64,000 nt of DNA from an uncultured Spirochaetota bacterium (GCA_963832675.1 CAWHUY010000034.1:77716-141715); one strand, 5' to 3'; positions 38,382 through 48,645 are shown, numbered from the stretch's first letter. Numbers and translations: made by a program. The notes: generated from the sequence alone by a model not told the origin.

Positions 38382-39254
38382 CTACAGGCGTTCGCGGCGC
38401 GAACGGACAGCGATGTTAAGGAGGAAGATGATGACGATGAGGACGAGAGAGGCGCCCCAGGCCATCTTCAGCCACGACTCGTAGGGACTCTTCGCGTAGT
38501 TATAAATCATGAGGGGAATGGCATCGACGGGTTTCAGCACATTTACGTTGAGATAGGGGTTTCCGAACGCGGTGAAAAGAAGCGGTGCCGTTTCCCCGGC
38601 GATGCGGGCGACGGCAAGCATGACGCCGCTCAAGATGCCACCGAGGCTGCTGGGAAGGATCATCCGGAGAACTGTCGTGTGATAGGGAACGCCGAGCGCG
38701 AGGGCGCCCTCTTTCAGTCCGGAAGGGACCAGGTTGAGCACCTCTTCGGAAGACTTGATTACTATCGGCAGCATCATCACCGCCAGCGCGATTCCGCCTG
38801 CCAGCGCGGTAAACGATCTAATCGGAACGACGATCCAGCTGTACATCACGATGCCGATGACGATGGAGGGTACGCTCTGCAGGACATTCACCAGCAGTCG
38901 GGTCGCTGAGCTCAGCTTTCCCCGCTTATTCTCCGATAGATAGACTCCGGCGAGAATTCCAAAGGGCACCGACAGAAGCACCGAAAGTGCGATGATCAGC
39001 AGTGTTCCGATTATCGAGTTGACCATACCGCCGCCGGTTTCGCCCACCGGCCTGGGAAGCTGCGTAAGAAAGGCCCAGTTGATTGCACCGGCGCCGTTGA
39101 CGACGACGTGATACATAATAACAAAAAAGGGCGCAACGGCGAGCAGCCCCAGAACGAGGACGAGACCGCGAAAAAAGGCATTCCCTGCCTTTCTGCCGGC
39201 CGTTCGCGGTCGGAACATCGTGTCGGCGGGGAGGGTGGTTTCGGTGACGCTCAT
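38382..39254 (-). CDS. pstA: Phosphate ABC transporter permease
   Basis: GGMVNSIIGT, VPSIVIG, LKEGALALG, ARIAGETAPLL. Confidence 0.93.
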   Translation of the reverse strand: MSVTETTLPADTMFRPRTAGRKAGNAFFRGLVLVLGLLAVAPFFVIMYHVVVNGAGAINWAFLTQLPRPVGETGGGMVNSIIGTLLIIALSVLLSVPFGILAGVYLSENKRGKLSSATRLLVNVLQSVPSIVIGIVMYSWIVVPIRSFTALAGGIALAVMMLPIVIKSSEEVLNLVPSGLKEGALALGVPYHTTVLRMILPSSLGGILSGVMLAVARIAGETAPLLFTAFGNPYLNVNVLKPVDAIPLMIYNYAKSPYESWLKMAWGASLVLIVIIFLLNIAVRSRRERL

Positions 39255-40162
39255 GCCGGAGCCTCGCCACCTATGCGGATAATAATCTGGTGGGAAATCG
39301 CATTGATGATTGTTGTAATAACGAACAGCACCAGAGCCAGTTCTATCATCGCGGCAAGATGGAGCGATCCGCTCGCCTCGGTGAACTGGCTCGCAATGAC
39401 ACTCGCGAGGGTGTTGCCGGGACTGAAAATGGTCTTGGGAAGCTGCATAACATTTCCGATGACCAGCGTCACTGCCATCGTTTCCCCGAGGGCACGGCCG
39501 AGAGACAGAAGAACGCCGGCGAAAATTCCTGACCTTGCGTAGGGAAACACCACATTCATTATCATTTCCCGTCGTGTCGCGCCGACCGCGAATCCGGCCG
39601 AACGCAGTTCGTCGGGCACGAGCTTAATCACCTCGATCGCGATCGACGCGCTGTAGGGAAGAATCATGATCGCCAGAATGGTCGCGGCGGTGAACATCCC
39701 CACGCCGTAGGGGGTGACGCCGATGTGCGATTCGATTCCCCGGACAACCGGCACGAGCACCGCAATTCCCCACAGGCCATACACAACCGAAGGCACCGAA
39801 GCGAGAAGGTCCACAAAGATGCGCACAATCCGGGAGAACAGGCCGAAACGGTAGTATTCTCCGAGCATGAGCGCAATGGCGAGCGAAAATGGAACCGAGA
39901 TGACCAGAGCAAGGAACGAGGTTATGAGCGTACCGACTATGAAGGTCGCGGCGCCAAAATTGCCTTTTACCGGATCCCATACGGTGTTGAAAAGAAAGCC
40001 CAGCTTGAACTGCGCGATCGCCGGCCACGCGCCAACCACAAGCGTGGCGAACAGCCCCGCGACAAGCAGCATCACGATGTAGGAAGTTCCGCTCAAGGTC
40101 CCACGGAATATCTTCTCGGCTCTCATGCGCCCATTTTCTCCGATTGGTTCTGAATTGTCCAC
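39251..40162 (-). CDS. pstC: Phosphate ABC transporter permease
   Basis: WDP...FG, LASVPSVVYGLWG, LGRALGETMAV; start GTG 40162 or ATG 40127. Confidence 0.93.
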   Translation of the reverse strand: MDNSEPIGENGRMRAEKIFRGTLSGTSYIVMLLVAGLFATLVVGAWPAIAQFKLGFLFNTVWDPVKGNFGAATFIVGTLITSFLALVISVPFSLAIALMLGEYYRFGLFSRIVRIFVDLLASVPSVVYGLWGIAVLVPVVRGIESHIGVTPYGVGMFTAATILAIMILPYSASIAIEVIKLVPDELRSAGFAVGATRREMIMNVVFPYARSGIFAGVLLSLGRALGETMAVTLVIGNVMQLPKTIFSPGNTLASVIASQFTEASGSLHLAAMIELALVLFVITTIINAISHQIIIRIGGEAPA

Positions 40163-40252
40163 ACGCAGGGTCTGAGAAACCGGGTTGCGACCCGCACAGA
40201 GGGACCGGAACCCGGCGAAGTCACCTGCCTGTTCTTTGGTCGGGTGTGCTAA

Positions 40253-41380
40253 TTACTGGCGAATCGGTTTCCCGTCGAATGTGATTGACTTGAGAATCGT
40301 TTCGACATCTTTCACCGCGGCCGCCGGAAGCGGGGCGTAGTCGAGGCTCTCGGCGTACTGCTGGCCCTCGTGCGTCACCCACCAGAGCAGCTTCACCAGC
40401 TCTCCCGCGCGCGCCATGCTGCGACCACCGTAGTTCTGTTCCTTGTAGACCACGAGCCAGGTCATGGTGGAGATCGGATAACCATTGGTCGCATCGGTGT
40501 TTGCGAGGACGATTCGCGTGTCGGCCGGAAGCTGTGTGTCACCGGCGAGGGAGGTTGATCTCAACGAAGGCACTATCCAGTTTCCCGCCCTGTTCTGCAC
40601 CGTTGCGTAGGGCAGGCTGTTCTGGATGGCGTAGGCGAGCTCGACGTATCCGACCGCACCCGGGGTCGACTTGACGATCCCGGCGACGCCGGTGTTCTGT
40701 GCTCCGCCGAGGCCCACCGGCCAGTTAACGGAGTTGGCAGTGCCGATCTTGTCCTTCCACTCACTGCTCACGCGAGCGAGATAGGCCGTGAAGTTGTTGG
40801 TCGTGCCGCTTCCATCCGAACGATGCGCAACGATGATGTCGGTTGCCGGAAGGCTGACGCCCGAATTGATCCTGGCAATTGCGGGCTCATTCCATTTCGT
40901 GATCTTTCCCATGAAGATGTCGGCAATGACCGTGCCGGTGAGCTTCAGCGTCGGGTTTCCGGGCAGATTGTAGGTTACCACGATCGAGCCGAGGACGGTC
41001 GGGATGTGGACGATCGGCGCGTCGAACTGCTTCATTGCCTCGTCGTTCAGGAATGCATCCGAGGCACCGAAATCTACAACCTTGTCCTTGATGTTCTTGA
41101 CGCCGCCGGAAGATCCGATCGACTGATAGTTGACCTTCACACCAGTTGCTTTGTTGTACTCGTCAAACATCTTGGAGTAGATCGGATAGGGGAAGGATGC
41201 TCCGGCCCCCAAAAGCTCGGTTCCGGCCGCGCTCGATGTCGCCGCTGCGGGCTTGACTGCGTCGGTCGCGCTCATCTGTGACGGCATCGGCTGCTCGTTC
41301 TGCCCGCCGGCCATTACCAGCGCCGGCACAATCAGACCTGCGACGAGCGCGCTTACCACGAATAAATTGGATCTGTTCAT
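40253..41380 (-). CDS. pstS: Phosphate ABC transporter substrate-binding protein
   Basis: GAGASFPYP, YQSIGSSGG, DFGASD, RSDGSGTT, GYVE, YPI; ATG 41380 with AGGAG RBS. Confidence 0.95.
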   Translation of the reverse strand: MNRSNLFVVSALVAGLIVPALVMAGGQNEQPMPSQMSATDAVKPAAATSSAAGTELLGAGASFPYPIYSKMFDEYNKATGVKVNYQSIGSSGGVKNIKDKVVDFGASDAFLNDEAMKQFDAPIVHIPTVLGSIVVTYNLPGNPTLKLTGTVIADIFMGKITKWNEPAIARINSGVSLPATDIIVAHRSDGSGTTNNFTAYLARVSSEWKDKIGTANSVNWPVGLGGAQNTGVAGIVKSTPGAVGYVELAYAIQNSLPYATVQNRAGNWIVPSLRSTSLAGDTQLPADTRIVLANTDATNGYPISTMTWLVVYKEQNYGGRSMARAGELVKLLWWVTHEGQQYAESLDYAPLPAAAVKDVETILKSITFDGKPIRQ

Positions 41381-41422
41381 CTGGCTCTCCTCCTGAGATC
41401 TTGCGTGCCTATATAGAAGCAT

Positions 41423-41455
41423 CGGGTTGTTAGTGTTGCGTGAATGTTGGGTCAG
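41423..41455 (-). promoter_or_regulatory. Pho-box-like 11-bp direct repeats upstream of pstS
   Basis: Minus strand CTGACCCAACA TTCACGCAACA CTAACAACCCG in place of a -35, followed by TATATA. Confidence 0.6.
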
Positions 41456-41539
41456 ATTACCGTCAGAAGTGATGCCGGGCCGGAAAGAGTCAGGCGCCCC
41501 CTTCTCTTAGAACTCCGATAAGGTTGAAACCGATATTTT

Positions 41540-41568
41540 TTGACAGATTCATTTATCTATGATAAGAT
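41540..41568 (+). promoter_or_regulatory. sigma70 promoter of the hydrogenase operon
   Basis: TTGACA-17 nt-TAAGAT with TGn extension in an AT-rich island; overlapped by TTATC-TAT-GATAA. Confidence 0.7.
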
Positions 41569-41771
41569 ATCGATATAAAGTTACATAATTCTCCGGTTTT
41601 CGGGTCACCGGAGTTGTCGAACGCTCCGTTTCACCAGCCGTTGAGGCGTCCATCGAACCAGGCACGGAAAAGAGTCCGTTCCAGCGTCCGTTCAGCGGCC
41701 GTTTTGCGGGAGATATCCGCACGCGCATTTTTGCGGGTGCATTGCATAGATACTACTCCAAGGAGGGGCTC

Positions 41772-42338
41772 ATGCCCGCAGAAGCCAAACAGGTTGTTAA
41801 TGGCACACCACAACCGGCAGAGAGACCGACCGACGGTCCGGAGAACAATCCCGAGCTCTGGGATCTGCTGAAAAAAACCCTCGACAGCTGGAACTCCGTG
41901 CCGGGAGCCCTCATCCCGGTTCTCCAGACCGCACAGGATCTCTTCGGGTACCTTCCGGAAAAGGTGATCAAGTACGTTGCGGAACGCCTGGATCTTCCCT
42001 ACAGCGAAGTCACCGGTGTCGTGACCTTCTATTCCTATTTCTCCACAGTCCCGCGCGGCAAACATGTAGTTCGGGTTTGCCTGGGCACCGCCTGCTACGT
42101 CCGCGGAGGCAAAGAGGTCCTCGAGTCGATGCAGAAGACTCTCGGTATCGGCGTCGGTGAGACTACCCCGGACCGGCAGTTTTCCCTGCAGGTAGGCCGC
42201 TGTTTCGGGGCGTGCGGCCTTGCACCGGTGGTTCTCGTCGATGACGACGTCCATCAGCGGGTCAAACCGGCGCGAGTCCGTGACGTTATTGAGCCCTACC
42301 TCGAAGACGCAAAGAAAGGAGACGGCCATGACGCATGA
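41772..42338 (+). CDS. [FeFe]-hydrogenase gamma subunit (NuoE/HydC-like 2Fe-2S protein)
   Basis: LIPVLQ.AQ..FGYLP, GVVTFYS.F, VCLGTAC, RCFGACGLAP; ATG 41772 after AGGAGG. Confidence 0.92.
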   Translation: MPAEAKQVVNGTPQPAERPTDGPENNPELWDLLKKTLDSWNSVPGALIPVLQTAQDLFGYLPEKVIKYVAERLDLPYSEVTGVVTFYSYFSTVPRGKHVVRVCLGTACYVRGGKEVLESMQKTLGIGVGETTPDRQFSLQVGRCFGACGLAPVVLVDDDVHQRVKPARVRDVIEPYLEDAKKGDGHDA

Positions 42339-45300
42339 ACTTCTCACTTCGGCCGCCGAGCTTCGTGAGCTGCGAGCGAAGCTGACAAAGAAAGTTCGAC
42401 CGGCAAAGGGGTCTTCGGACAGAAAGATCCTCCTTTGCGCCGGGGCCGGCTGTATAGCCTCAGGGAGCCTCGAGGTGAAAAAGGCTCTCATTGCGCATAT
42501 GGGCGAAGAGGGGCTTGCCATACCTGTAGTTGAGACCGGCTGCCTCGGTCCGTGCGCGCAGGGACCCGTCATGCGGATCGAACCGGACGGCATCCTGTAC
42601 GAGAGCGTCGCGCCGACCGACGCGGCGGAGATAGTCCACGAGCACCTGGTGCGAAACAATCCTGTGGAGCGTCTTGCACACCGGAACGTTCACGACACCA
42701 AACCGGTATTGAAGGTGGAAGACAACGACTTCTTCCGCAGCCAGCGGAAGATCGTCCTGCGCAACTGCGGTCTGATTGACCCCCTGAACATCGAGGAATA
42801 CATCGCCCGCGACGGGTATGCAGCTTTGGAGAAGGTGCTCACCTCGATGAGTTCCGAACAGATCATCAACGAGATGAAGGCCTCGGGTCTGCGCGGACGC
42901 GGTGGGGCAGGATTCCCAACCTGGCTTAAGTGGTCGCTCACGGCGAGGTCGCCGGGAGAGGAGAAGTTCGCACTCTGCAATGCCGATGAGGGTGACCCCG
43001 GCGCCTTCATGGACCGGAGCGTTCTCGAGGGCGATCCGCACAGCGTCATCGAAGGGATGGTCATAGCCGCACGCGCTATCGGCGCAAACAGGGGCTTTGT
43101 CTACGTACGGGCCGAATACCCTCTTGCCGTAGCGAGACTTTCGAAAGCGATCGAGCAGTCACGCGAGCGCGGGCTGCTGGGCTCCAACATCCTGGGAAGC
43201 GGCTTCTCGTTCGATCTGGAGATTCGGATGGGGTCGGGAGCCTTCGTTTGCGGAGAAGAGACCGCCTTGATGAACTCGATAGAGGGTAAACGCGGTGAGC
43301 CGCGACCGCGCCCGCCATTTCCGGCGCAGAAGGGCCTGTGGGGCAAACCGAGCCTTCTGAACAACGTCGAGACCTACGCCAACGTTCCCGCAATCATTCA
43401 GAACGGCGCGGCCTGGTATGCATCGGTCGGCACCGAGCAGAGCAAAGGAACCAAGGTCTTCGCGCTCGCCGGCGCGGTCAACAATACCGGCCTCGTGGAA
43501 GTGCCGATCGGTACGCCACTTGGCGAGCTCATCTACGACGTGGGCGGAGGCATCAAGAACAATAAGCACTATAAGGCTGCGCAAATTGGCGGGCCATCGG
43601 GTGGCTGCATCCCCCGCGAATACCTGAACGTGGCCCTCGACTACGCCACACTGCAGGAGCTTGGTGCGATCATGGGCTCCGGCGGCCTCATCGTCATGGA
43701 CGAAGAAAGTTGCATGGTGGACGTGGCTCGCTTCTTTCTCGAATTCGTTCAGGAAGAATCGTGCGGCAAGTGCGTTCCCTGCAGAGTGGGCACGAAACGC
43801 ATGCTCGAGATTCTGGAACGGATCTGCGCGGGCAAGGGAGAGCTCTCGGACATCGACGCCCTGATCGAGCTCGGGACGCAGATCAAAGACACCGCGCTGT
43901 GCGGTCTGGGACAGACTGCACCCAACCCGGTGCTGTCGACAATTCGCCATTTCCGGCAGGAGTACATCGAGCACATCGAGCAGAAACATTGCGACGCCGG
44001 TGTGTGCGCCGCGCTTGTCCGGGCTCCCTGCCAGAGTGCCTGCCCGGCCGGAGTCGACGTCCCGGGTTTCATCTCGCTGGTCGGTGATCAGCGTTACGCC
44101 GATGCGCTCATGCTGCATCGGGAGCGAAATCCATTCGCCGCGGTTTGCGCGCGCGTCTGCTTTCACACCTGTGAAGATCGGTGCCGTCGGGCAAGTCTTG
44201 ACGAGTCGGTCGCGATACGCAGCATCAAACGGTTCATGGTCGATCAGGAGGTCACCATTCAGCATCCGGAGGTGCGGACAAGTGCGGCGAATGCGGCGCG
44301 AAAAATCGCGATTGTCGGCGGCGGACCCGCGGGGCTCTCGTGTGCATATTTCCTCGCGCGCCTGGGATATCAGCCTCGCATTTTCGAAGCCGAGGCACGC
44401 CCCGGCGGAATGCTCGTTCAGACCATTCCGGCCTACCGCCTGCCGCGTGAAACGCTGGCGCGCGAAATCCGTATGATCGAAGGTCTCGGCGTGGATATCC
44501 AGACCGAAAAGCGCCTGGGCAGAGACTTCAGCCTCAAGGATCTCCGGGACGAAGGCTACGAAGCGGTCTTCCTCGGCATAGGTGCTCCGGAATCGGTCGC
44601 CATGGGAATTCCAGGCGAGGATACCCGCGGCGTTGTGCATGCAACAAACTTCCTGCGACAGTACAACATCCGCGGTTCGGTTCCCGTCGGCAAACGAGTG
44701 GTAATAGTCGGCGGCGGGAACGCGGCGATCGATGCAGCCCGTACGACGCTCAGGCTCGGTGCAGAGGAAGTAACTATCGTCTATCGCCGGACGCAGGAAC
44801 AGATGCCCGCCTACGCCGAGGAGATCGAAGAGGCACTGCTCGAAGGAGTGAAGCTTCTCGATCTGACCCAGCCGGTGGAGGTTGTAGCCGACGGCAAAGG
44901 AAACGTCGCGGGGCTTGCATGCCTCAAAATGCACCTGGGCGAGTTCGACCGCACCGGGCGTCGGAGTGCCAGGGAATCCTCAGACGGTTCCTACGTCATA
45001 AAGGCCGATCAGGTGATTATTGCGATAGGCCAGCGGCTCGATCAATCGGTGCTCCGCACCGAACAACCGCTTTCGCTTTCGCCGCATCGGTTCGTTCTCG
45101 CGGACCCGAACTACGGAACCACGTCGACCCCCTGGATTTTCGCCGGAGGTGATGCGGTAAACGGTCCGTCTTCGGTCGTCATGGCGATCGCCGGAGGCGA
45201 GCGCGCCGCGGTGGGAATCGACCTCTACCTCTCGGGCGAAGAACACGCGTTCTGGCGCGAGCAGAAGGTTGTCGACACCGACTACGATCCAGCGGCGGAT

Positions 45301-45501
45301 CCGGTGCCCTATCCCCGGGAGAAGGTCCGATCAATGCCGGTGGAACGCCGGAAATACAATTTCGATGAGGTCGAGCAGTCATGGTGCGAAAGCGTCGCGA
45401 TCCGCCAGTCGAGCCGCTGCCTTCGCTGCGACTACGGCAAGAGCGGTCCGCCTGCCGGCGATTCGTCCGCCCAGCACAGCAAGGAGATGACCCATGCTTA
45501 A
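42328..45501 (+). CDS. [FeFe]-hydrogenase beta subunit (NuoF/HydB-like) fused to a GltD/NfnB-like FAD/NAD(P) oxidoreductase module
   Basis: N-terminal CAGAGC..GCLGPC, GLRGRGGAGFP, NADEGDPGAFMDR, CGEETAL, ESCGKCVPCR; then PCQSACP, CARVC..CEDRC, GGGPAGL, GGGNAAIDAAR, YRRT, FAGGD, RCLRCD. Confidence 0.92.
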   Translation: MTHELLTSAAELRELRAKLTKKVRPAKGSSDRKILLCAGAGCIASGSLEVKKALIAHMGEEGLAIPVVETGCLGPCAQGPVMRIEPDGILYESVAPTDAAEIVHEHLVRNNPVERLAHRNVHDTKPVLKVEDNDFFRSQRKIVLRNCGLIDPLNIEEYIARDGYAALEKVLTSMSSEQIINEMKASGLRGRGGAGFPTWLKWSLTARSPGEEKFALCNADEGDPGAFMDRSVLEGDPHSVIEGMVIAARAIGANRGFVYVRAEYPLAVARLSKAIEQSRERGLLGSNILGSGFSFDLEIRMGSGAFVCGEETALMNSIEGKRGEPRPRPPFPAQKGLWGKPSLLNNVETYANVPAIIQNGAAWYASVGTEQSKGTKVFALAGAVNNTGLVEVPIGTPLGELIYDVGGGIKNNKHYKAAQIGGPSGGCIPREYLNVALDYATLQELGAIMGSGGLIVMDEESCMVDVARFFLEFVQEESCGKCVPCRVGTKRMLEILERICAGKGELSDIDALIELGTQIKDTALCGLGQTAPNPVLSTIRHFRQEYIEHIEQKHCDAGVCAALVRAPCQSACPAGVDVPGFISLVGDQRYADALMLHRERNPFAAVCARVCFHTCEDRCRRASLDESVAIRSIKRFMVDQEVTIQHPEVRTSAANAARKIAIVGGGPAGLSCAYFLARLGYQPRIFEAEARPGGMLVQTIPAYRLPRETLAREIRMIEGLGVDIQTEKRLGRDFSLKDLRDEGYEAVFLGIGAPESVAMGIPGEDTRGVVHATNFLRQYNIRGSVPVGKRVVIVGGGNAAIDAARTTLRLGAEEVTIVYRRTQEQMPAYAEEIEEALLEGVKLLDLTQPVEVVADGKGNVAGLACLKMHLGEFDRTGRRSARESSDGSYVIKADQVIIAIGQRLDQSVLRTEQPLSLSPHRFVLADPNYGTTSTPWIFAGGDAVNGPSSVVMAIAGGERAAVGIDLYLSGEEHAFWREQKVVDTDYDPAADPVPYPREKVRSMPVERRKYNFDEVEQSWCESVAIRQSSRCLRCDYGKSGPPAGDSSAQHSKEMTHA

Positions 45502-47299
45502 CATCACGGTCGACGGTAGGAGTCTGCAGGTTGTAGAAGGGAGAACGATTCTCGAGGCGGCACGCGACGCAGGGGTGGAAATACCCACCCTCTGTTTTCT
45601 CGAGGGGGTAGAGCCGCTCGGCGCCTGCCGAATGTGCGTGGTGGAGATCGCGAACGGGAAAACGCTTATGGCGGCCTGCTCCACGCCGGCAGCGGAGGGT
45701 ATGGTGGTCAACACCAACAGCCGCCGCGTCCGGGAGGCACGAAGAACGGTGATGGACCTGTTGCTCTCCGAGCACGAGGGCGACTGTCAGTACTGCGTAC
45801 GCGGGGACGATTGTGAGCTCACCGCACTTGCCCGCAAGATCGGCGTGCGCGAACCACGCTATCGCGGCGCGAAGCCTCCGGTTCACACCGATACGTCCAC
45901 TCCGGCGCTCGTGCGTGACTCGGGTAAGTGCATCAAATGCCGTCGATGCGTCTCGGTTTGCTCGGCAATCCAGGGCGTGGGAGCTCTCGCACCGCAGGGC
46001 CGCGGATACGCCACGTTGATCGGTCCCGCATTCACGCTTCCGCTTGCGGGTGTCGCGTGCGTCCAGTGCGGTCAGTGCGCGGCGGTCTGTCCGGTGGGTG
46101 CGATCACGGAGCGTACCAGCGCAGACGAAATCTGGGCGGCGCTCGAAGACCCGGAAAAATACGTCGTTGTCCAGACCGCGCCGGCAATTCGGGCGGCGCT
46201 CGGCGAATGTTTCGATCTGCCTCCGGGCACGCTCGTCACGGGCAGAATGGTGACCGCCCTCCGCAGACTCGGTTTCGATGCAGTGTTCGACACCAACTTC
46301 GCGGCCGATCTCACGATCATGGAAGAGGGTACGGAGCTTCTAACCCGGCTGCGAACCGCTCTCGCCCCCGAAACAGTGCCGTCCGACGCTCATGCCGACT
46401 CGCACGGCGCCCCGGCGCTGCCTCTGATGACGAGCTGCTCTCCGGGCTGGATCAAGTTTGCCGAGTACTACTTTCCGCAATTCCTTCCGAATCTCTCGAG
46501 CTGCAAATCCCCGCAGCAGATGTTTGGCGCGATTGCAAAGACCTACTACGCGAGCAAAATCGGGGTAAACCCGGAAAAAATGGTAGTGGTGAGTGTTATG
46601 CCGTGCACGGCGAAAAAGTTCGAATGTGATCGTCCCGAGATGGACGACAGCGGGTATCGTGATGTAGACTACGTACTAACAACCAGGGAGCTTGCGGTGA
46701 TGATACGGACGGCGGGGCTGGATTTTCCCTCCCTCGAAGAGGGAAAGATGGATTCGCCGCTCGGCATTTCCAGTGGTGCGGCGGACATTTTCGCCAATTC
46801 CGGCGGCGTGATGGAGGCGGCCCTGCGCACAGCCTACGAAATTGTCACCGGCCGACCGGTTCCCGGAGAGAACCTTCACGTAAAACCGGTGGAGGGGATG
46901 GAGGGAATCAAAGAGGCGGCGATACCCATCGAAAACCCGCTCCCCGACTGGAAGTTTCTCGATGGGGTCGAGCTGAAAGTGGCGGTAGCTCACGGGCTCG
47001 GAAATGTGCGCCGACTTCTCGAGCGGATCGCTGCCGGTAAGGCCAGTTATCACTTCGTGGAAGTGATGACCTGCCCCGGCGGCTGCATTGGCGGCGGCGG
47101 CCAGCCTCGCTTCACGGACAACAGTGTCCGGCAGGCTCGAATGGATGCAATCTTCCGGGAGGACGAAGGCAAGGAATTGCGCAAGTCGCACGGTAATCCC
47201 GACGTGCAGAAACTCTACGCGGAGTTCCTGGACCACCCGCTCTCGAAGAAGTCGCACGAGCTGCTTCACACGCAATATCAGGCGCGGGAGCGCTTCTAG
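45494..47299 (+). CDS. hydA: [FeFe]-hydrogenase catalytic subunit (group A3-like)
   Basis: H-cluster motifs TSCSPGW, MPCTAKKFE, EVMTCPGGCIGGGG; N-terminal 2Fe-2S, His-ligated and 2x 4Fe-4S motifs; C-terminal LLHT.Y. Confidence 0.95.
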   Translation: MLNITVDGRSLQVVEGRTILEAARDAGVEIPTLCFLEGVEPLGACRMCVVEIANGKTLMAACSTPAAEGMVVNTNSRRVREARRTVMDLLLSEHEGDCQYCVRGDDCELTALARKIGVREPRYRGAKPPVHTDTSTPALVRDSGKCIKCRRCVSVCSAIQGVGALAPQGRGYATLIGPAFTLPLAGVACVQCGQCAAVCPVGAITERTSADEIWAALEDPEKYVVVQTAPAIRAALGECFDLPPGTLVTGRMVTALRRLGFDAVFDTNFAADLTIMEEGTELLTRLRTALAPETVPSDAHADSHGAPALPLMTSCSPGWIKFAEYYFPQFLPNLSSCKSPQQMFGAIAKTYYASKIGVNPEKMVVVSVMPCTAKKFECDRPEMDDSGYRDVDYVLTTRELAVMIRTAGLDFPSLEEGKMDSPLGISSGAADIFANSGGVMEAALRTAYEIVTGRPVPGENLHVKPVEGMEGIKEAAIPIENPLPDWKFLDGVELKVAVAHGLGNVRRLLERIAAGKASYHFVEVMTCPGGCIGGGGQPRFTDNSVRQARMDAIFREDEGKELRKSHGNPDVQKLYAEFLDHPLSKKSHELLHTQYQARERF

Positions 47300-47370
47300 A
47301 ATGGCAGAGGCCGGACCAACCGGCCGATGTCGCGGACCGTCAGGCAGGTCCGCCACCAGAGGAGGGTGCA

Positions 47371-47808
47371 ATGCAAATCCGTGACATCCTGGAACAGAAG
47401 GGCAGCGCGGTCCAGACCGTGGCCCCAACAGCGACCGTACTTCAGGTCCTCCGGACGCTCAACGAAAAACACATCGGGACGCTTGTCGTGGTGAACAAAG
47501 CAGGGCAGATCGAGGGAATCGTCTCCGAAAGGGACATCCTCCGAAACCTGGAAGGTTGCGCCATGGACCGGCCGGTAACCGAAATTATGACGCCGAAAGG
47601 CAAGCTGATAATCGGTCATTTGGATGACTCGGTCGAGTACGCGCTGAACATGTTTACCAAGAGCAAGATCCGCCACCTCCCGATCATCGACGGTGATCGG
47701 CTGGTGGGCATCATTTCGATCGGTGATGCGGTAAAGTCGCAGCTTTCCAACGCCGAGTTTGAGAAGAAGGCGCTGATGGACTACATCACCGGATCGTACG
47801 CGCAGTAG
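47371..47808 (+). CDS. CBS-domain protein
   Basis: GIVSERD, IMT, IRHLPI, GIISIGD. Confidence 0.9.
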   Translation: MQIRDILEQKGSAVQTVAPTATVLQVLRTLNEKHIGTLVVVNKAGQIEGIVSERDILRNLEGCAMDRPVTEIMTPKGKLIIGHLDDSVEYALNMFTKSKIRHLPIIDGDRLVGIISIGDAVKSQLSNAEFEKKALMDYITGSYAQ

Positions 47809-48055
47809 CCGAGTCGCGGGCCGGGAATCTCCCGGCTCGATCTACAACAGAAAATCCGCCCTCTGGGGTGCTCCGGGGATGGCGCTCCCGCTGTCTACAC
47901 GGGGAACCCGTTGCTTCCGTGCTGGCGTAGACAACTCAGACAGACGCTCCATCTCCGTAGCCGAGTGACTGCCGGTTGGCCGTGCCGGCAGTGGGCGGAC
48001 CGTCCAGTTGATCCCGTCCGCTCAATCCAGCGGATGCACAAATACGCTTCAGGTC

Positions 48056-48645
48056 ATGATGGTTTCCAATAGCTACAACTTCCCCCAATTCGCGGCAGAT
48101 GGCCTTTGTGACTGATTCCTGTCGATATCCCTGGCTTCCGCTGCGCCGCCGAAAACGGCAGACCGCGATGTCTCCCCGGCGATACCGATTCGGACCTGAT
48201 GAAGAATTACGACGCACACTACTGGCGTTTGATGCCCTTTCCGCCGGCGCGCGTCCTCGGTATCGGACAGGCTGATTTCCGCGAGTGGGAACAGACCGAG
48301 CACGTGACCGACTTCATTCGTCCATGCGGGCTCTGGCACAATCTGGCAACACCTTCGGTGATACTTTCAATATCGCTCGGCCGCGGAAAGGCATCACAAC
48401 CGTTCAGCGATCCCGAGGACGCACGGCTTCGTCACGTGCGCCGGTTCGAGCTCGAGAATAATCCGCTGAACCGCCGGGAGCTCGAGGTGTTGGAGCTCGC
48501 CAGCCTGCGGCTCACGAATTCCGATATCGCCGGTGAACTGAGGATAGGCGTCCGTACGGTTGAGATGCATTTCGCGAACGTCTACGGGAAAACGGGAGTT
48601 GCGAACCGGCGGTCGCTGCTCGCGACCTTCAATTCCGCCCGGTAG
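48056..48645 (+). pseudogene. Degraded or frameshifted LuxR-family HTH regulator
   Basis: C-terminal LNRRELEVL..LTNSDIA..L.IG.RTVE.H..NVYGK; frame open back to LIPVD at about 48112, then TGA; upstream part appears shifted; shorter than typical. Confidence 0.55.

Noticed and set aside
41772-45501. Complex I nuoE/nuoF genes
   Set aside because: No other nuo genes are present and the next gene has all three H-cluster motifs.
47820-47836. Hairpin GCCGGGA-ATC-TCCCGGC after the CBS gene
   Set aside because: Short stem with no U tract; insufficient support for a terminator.
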